A DNA stretch of 64,000 nt, from the NCBI GenBank assembly GCA_951406725.2, contig OX597820.1, positions 59,086,001 through 59,150,000 on the forward strand, given 5' to 3'. The notes under the pieces were generated by a model. It made no database searches. It saw only the letters and a program-made list of their open reading frames with translations, and was not told the DNA's origin. This document shows positions 53,401-64,000 of this stretch, in pieces (positions within the stretch are counted from its first letter, which is position 1; each line of letters opens with the position of its first letter). This stretch comes from Octopus vulgaris (taxonomy: Eukaryota). The position numbers and the translations under genes are program-made.

Positions 53401-55853
53401 CCATTCTTTCAGGGTCTATAAAACAAGTACCAGTTGGATACTGAGGTTGATGCAATAGACTGAACAATATCCATAACTATATGTACGTCCCAGGATTTTG
53501 TTTAAGACCAAAGTCAAGGTAACCAATGTGCTGACCTAAGGAATCAGACAGGAGAGATAATAATACTGGAAGAATATAGAGAAATAGCAGAACTCAAGCC
53601 CACACCTACTCCAAGAGAACCAAATGGGGATGTCACTAGAGTTCCCTATGCTGGTTATTTCGGAGAAATTTCCTTATTACTTTTATTTCACACAGTGTCA
53701 GCAGATATAGGTGGTCAGCAAAAGTAGAAAAACTAATTGTTTACATTCGTGGCACACCTAACCACTTCAAAGCTTACTGCACCACAGAAGATGAGAGCTG
53801 AATGCCACCTTCTGTGACCTTGGCAGCAGCAATCACACCAGTGATTATTGCAGCAACTGCAACCACATCATCATTATAAGCATTCAAATCATTTAATGTC
53901 CGTTTTCTATACTGGCATGGGTTAGATGATTTGACAGGAGCTGGCAAGCCACAAGAATGCACCAGGCTTCACTGTCTGCTTTGGCATTGTTTCTACAGCT
54001 GGATGCCCTTCTTAATGCCACTAATAAAAAACAACAGCAATAACTTCTACTACAGCCACCTTTAAAGAAGAGAACATCAAGTTACTTAAGATGATGTGAA
54101 CCTTATATCAGCAAAAACACACATACACATATAAGATGATGTTAGACATAATAATGGGTTTATGTTTTATCTTTCACTTGCTTCAGTCATTAGACTGTGG
54201 CCATGCTGGAGCACAGCCTTGAAGAATTTCTTAACTAAATAAATCAACACCAACACTTGGTTTTTTTAAGCATGGTACTTATTCTATGGTTATCTTTTTG
54301 CCAAACTGCTAAGTTATGAGGATGTAAACAAACCAACGCTGGTTGTCAAGTGATGGTGGTTGGGGGGGGGGGGGACAAACACAATGACACATATACACAC
54401 ATGTATGACTAACTTCTTTTAATTTGTCTACCAAATCCACTCACAAGGCCCTAGACTGTAGAAGAAGACCCTTTCCCAAGGTGCCATGCAGTGGGACTGA
54501 ACCCAGAACCATGTGGTTGGGAAGCAAACTTTTTAAATCACATCCATTTCCATTTACCAAATTTCACACACAAAGTATTGGTCAACATTAGGTTACATTT
54601 GAAGACACATGCACAGGCTGCTATGCAGATGCAGTAGTATTGAACAAAGAACTATCTGGGTGCATATTATGTGTATCATGTGAAATATAATGTACAGTAC
54701 AAAAACCAGTTTTTTTATAGAACACAATCCCCAATGATCCCACATATACAGGAGTCACTGCCTATATAGGACACAATCTTTTACATAAAAGCAGCATCAC
54801 TAACATATGATGAAGCATCCATGTCTACAATAAATCATCGTCATCGTCATTTAACGTCCGTTTTCCATGCTGGTATGGGTTGGACAGTTTGATTGGTGTT
54901 GGACAGGCAGAGAGCTGCACCAGGCTCCAATTATGTGTTTTGGTTTGGTTTCTACAGATGGATGTCCTTTCTAACACCAACTATTTTACAGAGTGTATTG
55001 GGTACTTTTTACTTGGCACTGACACCAGTGCTATTTATGAGGCATGATGAACAGAACAGTATTCTCAGCATATAGAAAAACAAATTCACACAGGGAGCAG
55101 TGTTTCACATGAAGAAGAACAGTACAAAGAAGGAGATGTACCTAGTTAAAGGGACTGTATTATACTTACTGAAGACCAGTTTCTGGAAAGAACGATGGCA
55201 AATAGGGGTGTCATCTGGAAGAGAGAAAAAAAAGACAATAGAAAGATTATCTTAATTTACAACAATATCAACACTGAAGACAGGCTTAAAGGATATATAC
55301 ACACACATACAGACACTTAAACACATGCACACACATACAGATACATACATACATTTCATTTCTTAGAATAAGTGTTGGGTACCAATAGACCACCCTCACC
55401 TAACTATATCTAACAGAACCACCTAATAAATGTGCATACACATAAACTAACTCTCAAATCTTCATGCATACACATATATACATACACATGACCCACCCTC
55501 CATATCATCATCATCATCGTTTAATGCCTGTTTTCCATGCTAGGATGGGTTGGATGGTTCGACCGGGGTCTGGGAAGCCAGGATGCTGCACCAGGCTCCA
55601 GTCTGATCAGGCAGTGTTTCTACAGCTGGATGCCCTTCCTAATGCCAACCACTCCGTGAGTGTAGTGGGTGCTTTACACGTGCCACTGACACAGGTGCCA
55701 GGGGAGGCTGGAAACAGCCACAATCAGCAGGTGATTTTTATGTGCCACCGGCACGGAAGCCAGTCAAGGCGGTGCCAGCATCGCCACGTTCGGATGGTGC
55801 TTTTTACGTTCCACTGGCACAGGTATCACAACTACAATTTCCATTTGATTTTG

Positions 55854-55893
<40 letters not shown>

Positions 55894-58800
55894 AGAGAGA
55901 GAGAGAGAGAGAGAGCAAGTGAGAAATGGGACTTAAAACAAAAATATTCAAGTAGAAACTAGAAATAAATTGAGCAAACATGCTCCATTGGATATATGAG
56001 GTTAGTGTGCATGAATAACAGAACAGAAATAAACTAAGAAAAAACCTGAATATTAGAGGAATTGGATGTTGTATGCAAAAGAGATGACTGTTCTGTTACA
56101 AATGAGTGATGCCTATGAAAAATGACAATTGGGTAAAACACCAAGAGCTCAAAGTGAATGTAATCTTTGGTAAAAACTGATCTCAAGAAACTGAAACTCA
56201 CAACAGAAATGACAGAACCATGATGAATGGTGCTAGAGAAGACCCACCCATTGGTGCACGCATGGCCAAACTGTTATTAAAATAGTCATCGTGGCGATGG
56301 AGACCAGAATGCATAATATCTACTTGTTAATAATATACCATGCTTAGTGTTCTGGTTTTCTCTAAAACGCTAATGAAGAATGATTGAGAGAGCTGTGCAA
56401 GCCACATTCATAGATAATGTCAGTAACAAGTTTAGGGAGGAATTTAACATGCATGTAGGTGTTCATAGGTGTTGGTTTTCAGTTTCATCATATTTATAAT
56501 AGCTTAATAGCTCTCCTGTTGATAAACAGTAATAAACGAAAATGGAAATTGTAGCTGTGATACCAGTGCCGGTGGCATGTAAGAGAACCATCCGAACATG
56601 GCCGTTGCCAGCGCCGCCCCGACTGGCCTCCATGCCGGTGGCACGTAAAACACCATCCGATCGTGGCCGTTTGCCAGCCTCGTCTGGCACCTGTGCAGGT
56701 GGCACATAAAAAGCACCCACTACACTCTCGGAGAGGTTGGCGTTAGGAAGGGCATCCAGCTGTAGAAACACTGCCAGATCAGACTGGGCCTGGCGCAGCC
56801 TTCTGGCTTCCCAGACCCCAGTTGAACCGTCCAACCCATGCTAGCATGGAAAACGGACGTTAAACGATGATGATGATGACATAAACACAAATATATAGAC
56901 ATACAGTTACAAAACACACATAGAGCAGGAAACAACATAAACTTGAAAACAGTCTGACTAATTAAACTAGAAACAGAAGTTGCTGTCACAAAACAGCTTT
57001 TGTATGCAGTTACAGTTCACGGAAATATCAGTTAGAGACATGGCAAGAATGGAATAATAATAAAGTTATATGAGAAACACAAACACATACCTTGGCTTCG
57101 GTTGTATTCAAGGAGTCTTTCCTTCATGCTCGGGGGTGTAGTTAAACGGGGTACATTTTGTTTGAACTGGAAAATAAACATCATTTTCAATTAACGATCC
57201 TTCTTAATCTTTTGAACAAACAATAACATCAAGGGAGCCACTATGTGGTTATATGATATGCTAAAAATAGCACCCAAATATCACTCAAATCCTATCCATC
57301 TTTAAAAAACATAGAATAATGCAGTCCTAGATACACTGTGTGTAAGAAACAAGAACAATTTGGATCTATTCCATCTCAATCACAGATTTTTAATTAATTT
57401 TTTGTAACTAAACAGTTTGAAACTTTGAATACTAGTAGAATTTCTCACATAGAACAGTTTACTCTGAACGTTTTTGACAAAATTTCCTATTCTAGAAGTT
57501 ATTTCATGTTAAAGTTGTCATATTTAGGTAATTTCAACCAATCTATGTGTGTTTTGTAACTGTATGTGAGAAGTTCTATCAGTATTCGAAGTTTCAAACA
57601 GTTTAGTTAAAAAAACTAATCAAAAAATCTGTGATTGAGATGGAATAGATCCAACGATTCAAAGCTAAATACCCTTGACCCTTGGTCTGATATACTGGAA
57701 CTGACTTCGGACTAAATAACATCTAAAATCATTGAATCGTACAATGACAAACACCATTTTAATATATTTATCTAGTTATTTATTGAGACTTAGTCCATAC
57801 ATCTAACAACTTCCACAGTGAACAAGGGACACAAATCTGCTTACTCCAATGTAATTAACTTATCCCCTCCCCCTACAAAAAGTAGTGTCCTCTATTACTT
57901 TACGCTTCAATGGTTAATGGATGGAAAGCTATTTATCAAGTTCTCAAAGTAATTGTTTTAACAAATTGGTAATGAAAATTTTATGTAAAATAGCAAAAAA
58001 AAAAAAAAAATCACAAATTTATGGTAAACAGCCTGTCAAATATATGAATGTGTGTGTTTGCATTTGTCGCCTGCTACTGCTTGACATCTAGTGTTGGTTT
58101 TTGTTACATCCCCATAAAAGAACCAATAGAAAAAGTATCAGCCTTAAAAACAAGTATGGGGTCGATTTGTTTAACTAAACCCTTCAAAGCAGTGCCCTAG
58201 AATGGCCATAGTCCAATGACAGCAACAAGTAAAAGATATTGTATACAACACAAACAAGCTGGCGAAATGCTGAGCGGTATTTCGTCTGCCGCTACGTTCT
58301 GAGTTCAAATTCCGTCGAGGTCGGCTTGGTCTTTCATCCTTTCAGGATCGATTAAATAAATACCAGTTATGCACTGGGATCGATGTAATTGACTTAATCC
58401 GTTTGTCTGTCCTTGTTTAGCCCCTTGTGGGCAATAAAGAAATAACAAACTTTTATTTTGTCTTTCTGAGTAGAAGAGAATACAGTTGGTTATACAGGCA
58501 TTTGTTCTTGCCTGATGGTTTATTTTATCAGCCCCCAAAAGACCTAAAGCAATGCCGACCCCATTCTGAGTTTAAGATTGCAACTAAACATGATCTACTG
58601 ATATGACTATTTCCTACTCCAGCAGAAATGACAGAGGTCACTCAAACAAAACACATAAACATGTAAAGTAGTTACACCTATAACCTTCAGGCCTCACAAG
58701 TAGTCATACCTATAACCTTTGGGCTTCATAGAGGCAATACAAATAACCAAGACCCTTGGCAATATGCTGTGCTTGAGAAGACCCATCAAGCCCAATACAA

Positions 58801-61587
58801 TCGTAGTCATGGCAGATACTGGTGTCACATAACTGGCACCCATGCCAGTGGAACATAAAAGCACCCAGCACACAGTAAAGTGGTTGGCATTAGGAAGGGC
58901 ATCCAGCCATAGGAACAATGCCAAATCAGACTGGAGTCTGGGGCAGCCCCTCAGCTTACCAGCCCTGATCAAACCGTCCAACCCATGCCAGCATGGACAA
59001 CAGACATTAAATGATGATGATGATGATGATGATGATAATCACTGAGGAACAGAAATGATCAAAACAAGCATGAAATAAGAAAACAGAAAATAGAGCAAAA
59101 AGAAATACTTATACTTACATCTGAGACAGGCGTGAAATAAACATCACTCAGACTAGAATTTTGTTGCTCATTTGTTTTATGAGAACGCTTCCTTCGACGA
59201 CGGCATCGCTGGGAACTGTCTTCAAACTCCTCATTCAAGTTCTTGGGCTGCATGGATCGAAACTTCTGTAAAATGTATATATACATATAAATATATTTGC
59301 TTGCATGCATGGGTGGGTAAATACAAACACACACACACAAGAGCATGCAAAAAAGATGTGTGAATGTGGTACATTTCAATTTTATGAATTTTTCATCAAA
59401 CAAAAAGAAAAATAGGTTTGTGTGGGAAGATATAAGTTAATGAAGATAAACTGTGGGAATGATTTTGGAAAGTAACAGAAAGTAAGGAAGGGAGGACAAG
59501 CAGGAAAGAAGGAATATAGAAGAGGGAGAAGAGGAAACTTCACGGAATGGATTTTTCTGTCTAAAATTCTAACAGATTTTATTTGAAAAATATATCTGTG
59601 TATAGAAGACCACATGGACTTCTCAGTATAGTCAGACTTGTAAAAAACAAGTCCAACATTTTTTAATGCTTGCATGGAAAAAGAACATTAAAACAATGAT
59701 GATTTTCTATGGCTGGATGGCTTTCTTGCCAATCCTCAAGTGCTTCCAAGCAAGGCAAATATTTCATGGCCAGACATGTTTTTGGAGAACTCTGGAAATG
59801 AATGACACTGCTTGCATGATAGTGACACTCATTTACAGCTATCATGTAAGGCCAAAACAAAGAGACAAAACATGCACATAAGTGTATATACTTACACATA
59901 AGTGTATAACATGCACATACAGTAGGATTCTTTCAGTTTCTGTCTGCAAAATCCACTCACAAGGCTTTTGTTGACCCAGGTCTAATGTAAAAAAGCCCTC
60001 ACCCAAGTTGCCAACTTATTAAGCATAGCCATACCTGTATCTATACATATATATAAATATTTAATGTCCCTTTTACTGTAGTGACAGAGATTGGATGTTT
60101 TGACATGGTTTCTACAGCTGGACTCCCTCCCTAACACCAACCACCTTACAGAGTGTACTACTGGAAGATTTTTTTGTGGCACCAACTTTAGGGAAGCCAC
60201 CAAGTACTCAAAAGATAAGACCCTTCACGTGAGAGGTGTATAGTACTGAGGGTTGTGAATGTATGATAGAGGAACAGGAATGAGTGCCTTGTTGAAGAAA
60301 TAAATACACAGCTTCCCCAGTTGGAGAGAGAGAGAGACAGACAGACAGCAGACAGAGACAGATAGAGAGAGGCAGGTGGGGTACATATCCTCAAGGTACA
60401 AAGTGAATAAAAGAAAGAGTTTAGGGATAGAGAAACAAAAAAAAGTGAGTAGGCAAGTAAGTGCATTAGAGTATATGAAAAGAATGTGATAGAAGATTAG
60501 AAATGGGCAGTTTGGGGGAAGGAAATACGAGTGGGTCAGGGTGGCAGAAGAGATGATAAAGGACAGTAGTAGGGATACAATGTGAAGTGTAGGGAGATAG
60601 ATGGTATCATTTACAGCATTTGAGTAAGTAGTGCCACAGTTAGAAGATTGAAGGGATGAGTATAAGACGGAGGGAGGTTTGACAGGACCCCAGTTTTGCT
60701 GAGATGGACAAAGCAGTTTACTGACCACTGACAACCACACTCCTACTCCCAATTATATCTGAGTGAAGCAAAAGTAAAAAGGGCAGTAATAGCCAATGAG
60801 AAGTTCTAGTTTGGAAATGAAAACAGAATTGAAAACCAAAACAACACAACCCACAAAAATATGCATAGTTACCTTGGCTTGTTTCTTGGGAAATATACTA
60901 ACAATTTCTGCTTCCAATATATTACGTGGTGTACTGACAAGGAATGTCTCTTCATCTGCATGCTGTAGGCTTCTTTTGCAACTAAAGCAAAGAAACAATG
61001 CATTAAAAACAGTGAAAGCAAACAAAAATTTACAAGTAGAATTTCATTAGGACCTCATATCACTGCATATAACTATGATTATCATTGTTGTGGTTTAGTC
61101 AAAGACATTCAAGCCATAACAATCCTGTCTTTTTCCAGAGTGACATGTCCCTGAGACCACATTGTAGATGGTATTATTTTCTAAGATGGTTAGGTATGAT
61201 TTAAAAGACTCAGCTGTTTTTTTTTCTAGCAAGTCAAGTGACCATACAGATATTCCCTCAGGTCAAAGCATCATGGTCACACAAGTGAGGTTGTTCATTT
61301 CCAGTCTTCCATGAAAAACATATCTGGTTATGGGATTGGAAACAGGTGAGGGTTGGTGACAGGAAGGTTCCAGTCTGATCTGGCAGTGTTTCTACAGCTG
61401 GATGCCCTTCCTAACGCCAACCACTCCAAGAGTGTAGTGGGTGCTTTTTATGTGCCACCGGCACAGGAGCCAGTCAGATGGGCCTGGCATCGATCACGTT
61501 TGGATGGTGCTTTTTACATGCCACCAGCACAGGAGCCAGTCTAGGGTCACTGGTATCAGCCAGGTTCAAATGATGCTTTTTATGTCC

Positions 61588-61622
<35 letters not shown>

Positions 61623-62944
61623 GACGACTGGCTTCTTTCAGTTTTTGTCTGCCAAATCCACTCACAAAGCTCGGGATGGCAGAATCATTAGTATGCCGGG
61701 CAGAATGCTTAGCGGTATTTTGTCTTGCTGTTAGGTTTTGGGTTCGAATTCCGCCAGGGTCGACTTTGCCTTTCATCCTTTCGAGGTCAATAAAATTAGT
61801 CCCAATTCTGTACTGGGAATCCCTTCCCCCAAAATTTAAGGCCTTGTGCTTCCAGGAGAAAGGATTTATTAAAGTTGAAAAAGTGTGACACACTGGCATT
61901 CACATTTATCATATTAGATATGTTTAATTTTGGGAAAACTTTATTTAAGTATGTACTTTATATAAGTGTGTGTGTGTATTAAAGAAAGCAAAAAATAAAA
62001 CAAAAATGAGTGTTCAGTATGTTGGCAACAGGAATTTCTGTCAAAGAGACATGGTTAAACAAAGTCATACATCATCTCCCTCTTTTTCTTACGTGCCTAA
62101 TCTTTCTCTCTCTTTTATTATTACTCCCACTGCCACCATCAACACTACTACTTTTAATAAAACATCAACTCTCCCTAAATTTCTTTCTTTCTTTCTCTCT
62201 CTTTCTCTGCCCTCACCATCTCTATGCCTACTATTATTCTTATCCCATCATGAGTATTAGTAGGACTATCATTGAATAGTGAGAGAGGGGGGTCTAAGTG
62301 TGACACACTGACACACAGAAATTAGTTTCCACATTTATTATATTAGATGTCAGCTTTCCATGCAGGTATGGTATGATGGTTTTATGGGATTCAATGAGCC
62401 ATGACCAGCTCTAATGTCTCGTTTTTGATATGGTTTCTACAAGTGGATACCCTTCTTAACACCAACCACTTTACAGAGTGGAACTGAGCGTAATTTTTCA
62501 TGGCACACATACCCATAAATCTCCATATCAAATTTTTTTAGGACAAGGCCAGCAATTTAGGGGAAGGGGATAAGTCGATTACATCGCCCCCAGTGCTTAA
62601 CAGGTACTTATTTTATTGACCTCAGTAGAATTTGAACTCACAACATATAGACAGATGAAATACCGCTAAGCATTTTGCCTGCCATGCCAACGATTCTGCC
62701 AGCTTGCAACCTTACACATACCCATGAACATTAACTCACCTATCCACCCACAAAACCGACACCAGTGGGATACCAAGTTTCTTGGCACGGTCCCATGTTC
62801 GTTTGGTTCCATCTTTGAATATAACATGGGTGACTTCTTTATTTAGCTTAGGTGAAATGCGGGCACCTAGTTTCTCCAGTTCTATGGCGACTTCTCTACT
62901 GCGATTCTCATTTTTGGACCTCACTTCCACATAAGCCACCACTT
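42479..62944 (-). CDS. MCPH1: Microcephalin (MCPH1/BRIT1), 11 coding exons in window; first coding exon not located (probably beyond 64000)
   Basis: Exons (-): 62740-62944, 60873-60981, 59119-59265, 57091-57166, 55170-55214, 51480-52500, 48778-48940, 47930-48007, 45796-45927, 43677-43764, 42479-42558. All are GT-AG, phases are consistent, total 2144 nt ending in TAG. Hallmarks: VVAYVEV...VTHVIFKDG...VSVLWV (BRCT1), MQPK, LVMTSL...TTHV...RTLNVL...GCWLVS.EW (BRCT2), CGG...WIFDSI (BRCT3). Confidence 0.95.
43677..43764 (-). CDS. MCPH1: MCPH1 exon, BRCT3 second half
   Basis: atacag|GTG AAG ... TTT G|gtaagt; VKNTICNASIYIGEEYHPSMISVTPLWIF. Confidence 0.9.
45150..45715 (+). mobile_element. RTE-clade LINE 3' fragment
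   Basis: LREKLGIRSLRCGVQERQLCWYG remnant, family 3' UTR and (GAT)n tail. Confidence 0.8.
45796..45927 (-). CDS. MCPH1: MCPH1 exon, BRCT3 first half
   Basis: ttacag|TTA TAT ... GGA AAA|gtaagt; LYREQKQLNSGPKVFDKCGSIYVSAVKAPPKKDLIQLLQQCGGK. Confidence 0.92.
46869..47089. mobile_element. piggyBac-like MITE
   Basis: TTAA|ccctttag ... ctaaaggg|TTAA; second copy ~48533-48752, partial copy ~43203-43365. Confidence 0.75.
47225..47650 (-). mobile_element. SINE family B, young full-length copy
   Basis: CpG-retaining copy of family B. Confidence 0.85.
47930..48007 (-). CDS. MCPH1: MCPH1 exon, BRCT2 end and linker
   Basis: ttgcag|GTG ... CAG|gtaagg; VSASMEAGCWLDENKFELVASYPVAQ; 78 nt. Confidence 0.93.
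48140..48480. repeat. Degenerate ~22-24-bp tandem repeat (atatggtacctagttcac-like)
   Basis: Recurrent tggtacct / tatctagt / tagttcac motifs. Confidence 0.55.
48778..48940 (-). CDS. MCPH1: MCPH1 exon, BRCT2
   Basis: ttctag|A GAT CAA ... GAA TGG|gtaagt; DQEMVKSVAKTLGECVISDNVKKSTTHVICGMPRRTLNVLFALSQGCWLVSKEW. Confidence 0.95.
49370..50510 (+). mobile_element. Highly decayed DNA transposon, possibly Academ-like (XPG-type nuclease motifs)
   Basis: Remnants LHCSHKEAD...IIIHISST and EESLPPNKELIMHANYQ resemble HEEADTR / LPPT..RANYQ motifs. Confidence 0.45.
50618..51018 (+). mobile_element. Young 5'-truncated RTE LINE with 11-bp TSD
   Basis: Open frame RINAFELWCWRRLLRIPWTARLTN...RLAYFGHI...GKRGRGRPRTRWLD; (ATAG)n tail; TSD atactaggtgt at 50607-50617 and 51019-51029. 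Confidence 0.92.
51480..52500 (-). CDS. MCPH1: MCPH1 large central exon (Ser-rich, likely disordered; ends at start of BRCT2)
   Basis: ttgtag|AT GAT GGT ... ACC TC|gtaagt; 1021 nt open frame (ORF 51476..52453); NLS-like PRVKRRK; ends KKYLVMTSLST. Confidence 0.92.
52541..52990 (+). mobile_element. Two tandem SINE family A copies next to the MCPH1 large-exon acceptor
   Basis: Two ggtg(g)cgagctggc heads with cores, separated by (ATT)n. Confidence 0.8.
55170..55214 (-). CDS. MCPH1: MCPH1 45-nt symmetric exon
   Basis: Long pyrimidine tract, ttccag|AT GAC ACC ... TTC A|gtaagt; DDTPICHRSFQKLVF; phase 1->1. Confidence 0.7.
55505..55850 (-). mobile_element. RTE-LINE 3'-end-derived repeat
   Basis: Family of 8282-8640; inverted relative to 56540-56880. 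Confidence 0.75.
56540..56880 (+). mobile_element. RTE-LINE 3'-end-derived repeat
   Basis: Ends ggacgttaaacgatgatgatgat. Confidence 0.75.
57091..57166 (-). CDS. MCPH1: MCPH1 exon
   Basis: ttccag|TTC AAA ... CAA G|gtatgt; FKQNVPRLTTPPSMKERLLEYNRSQ; phase 0->1. Confidence 0.8.
57360..57654. mobile_element. MITE with ~95-bp terminal inverted repeats
   Basis: ttggatctattccatctcaatcacagatttt perfectly inverted at the right end; imperfect pairing continues inward. Confidence 0.75.
59119..59265 (-). CDS. MCPH1: MCPH1 exon with MQPK motif and basic cluster
   Basis: ttacag|AAG TTT CGA TCC ATG CAG CCC AAG ... TCA GAT|gtaagt; 147 nt, phase 0->0. Confidence 0.9.
60873..60981 (-). CDS. MCPH1: MCPH1 exon, end of BRCT1
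   Basis: ctttag|T TGC AAA ... GCC AAG|gtaact; CKRSLQHADEETFLVSTPRNILEAEIVSIFPKKQAK; phase 2->0. Confidence 0.9.
62740..62944 (-). CDS. MCPH1: MCPH1 exon, N-terminal BRCT1
   Basis: ttgcag|AA GTG GTG GCT TAT ... GAT AG|gtgagt; VVAYVEVRSKNENRSREVAIELEKLGARISPKLNKEVTHVIFKDGTKRTWDRAKKLGIPLVSVLWVD. Confidence 0.95.
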
Positions 62945-63034
62945 CTGCAACAAAAAAGAATAGAAAATATGGTGAAAGATAATGTGTATACATACACACA
63001 AACACACATAGAGCATATTGTGTTTATTAATGGT

Positions 63035-63770
63035 GTAGTTAACAGTTGTCGCAATGAGTAGTTATAACTGTTATGGCTAACAGGTACTATTGTGCTGTTT
63101 ACCTTTGTAGTTTACAGGTGTCACTGTGCTGTTTATAACTGTTGTAGTTAACAGGTGTAACTATGCTGTTTATAAGTGCTGTAGTTAACAGGTGTTACTG
63201 CGCTGTTTATAGCTGCAGTAGTTAACAGGTGTCACTGTGCTGTTTATAAGTGCTGTAGTTAACAGGTATTACTGCGCTGTTTATAACTGCAGTAGTTAAC
63301 AGGTGTAACTGTGCTGTTTATAACTGCAGTAGTTAACAGGTGTCACTGTGCTGTTTATAACTGCAGTAGTTAACAGGTATTACTGCGCTGTTTATAACTG
63401 CAGTAGTTAACAGGTGTAACTATGCTGTTTATAACTGCAGTAGTTAACAGGTGTCACTGTGCTGTTTATAAGTGCTGTAGTTAACAGGTGTTACTGCACT
63501 GTTTATAACTGCAGTAGTTAACAGGTGTCACTGTGCTGTTTATAAGTGCTGTAGTTAACAGGTATTACTGCGCTGTTTATAACTGCAGTAGTTAACAGGT
63601 GTAACTATGCTGTTTATAACTGCAGTAGTTAACAGGTGTAACTGTGCTGTTTATAAGTGCTGTAGTTAACAGGTGTTACTGCACTGTTTATAACTGCTGT
63701 AGTTAACAGGTGTCACTGTGCTGTTTATAACTGCTGTAGTTAACAGGTGTCACTAAAGCAGTTAACAGGT
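63035..63770. repeat. 37-bp minisatellite, about 20 copies
   Basis: Unit gtagttaacaggtgtcactgtgctgtttataactgca; period confirmed by starts at 63181 and 63218. Confidence 0.95.
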
Positions 63771-64000
63771 TCCCCTCTAACTCCTGTTGTTCAACACCCA
63801 AGTCAACCAACTATCAAAAGTATTCCAGCTATGACCATCCCATATTCTTATCTTTTTACCAGACCATATTATACTATGTATCCTTTTTTTTTTTTATGGT
63901 AGTTTGTGATAAGGAGATCTGGCTGCTATTTATAGCAGGTCAAGTAACCTACAGAGTTTCCCTCATTATAGTTAATAGGTGTTGTTGCAGATGTATATCA

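Noticed and set aside
55169-55195. CTGAAGA-ccag-ttt-ctg-GAAA hammerhead-like string on the + strand
   Set aside because: No stem I or III; it is the antisense of an MCPH1 exon and donor site, so probably coincidental.
63035-63770. 37-bp repeat as a CRISPR array
   Set aside because: Units are head-to-tail with no unique spacers; it is a minisatellite.

Overview
AT-rich, repeat-dense animal genomic DNA; the SINE, RTE-LINE and mariner complement looks like an octopus/coleoid genome (inference). Two convergent multi-exon genes were reconstructed by hand from GT-AG sites with consistent splice phases. (1) Minus strand, 62944->42479: microcephalin (MCPH1), 11 coding exons, about 714 aa plus a first exon not located in the window. 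It has an N-terminal BRCT and a C-terminal tandem BRCT, and ends in an H2AX-like SPEY-COOH tail. (2) Plus strand, 2113->33200 plus an uncertain terminal exon: a 5'-truncated uncharacterised protein (>=660 aa) built from two tandem copies of a methyltransferase-like + protein-kinase-like module, followed by a Cys-rich tail. Only the second copy keeps kinase catalytic motifs. Introns hold tRNA-derived SINEs, RTE and R4-like LINE fragments, four decayed mariners, a Helitron, a Helentron-type element, several MITEs, Penelope-type hammerhead ribozyme motifs, a 37-bp minisatellite and many microsatellites. One hammerhead element carries a perfect 43-bp antisense copy of an exon of the plus-strand gene. 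All family assignments come from motif recognition, not database searches. Repeat coordinates are approximate unless a TSD or TIR is given.
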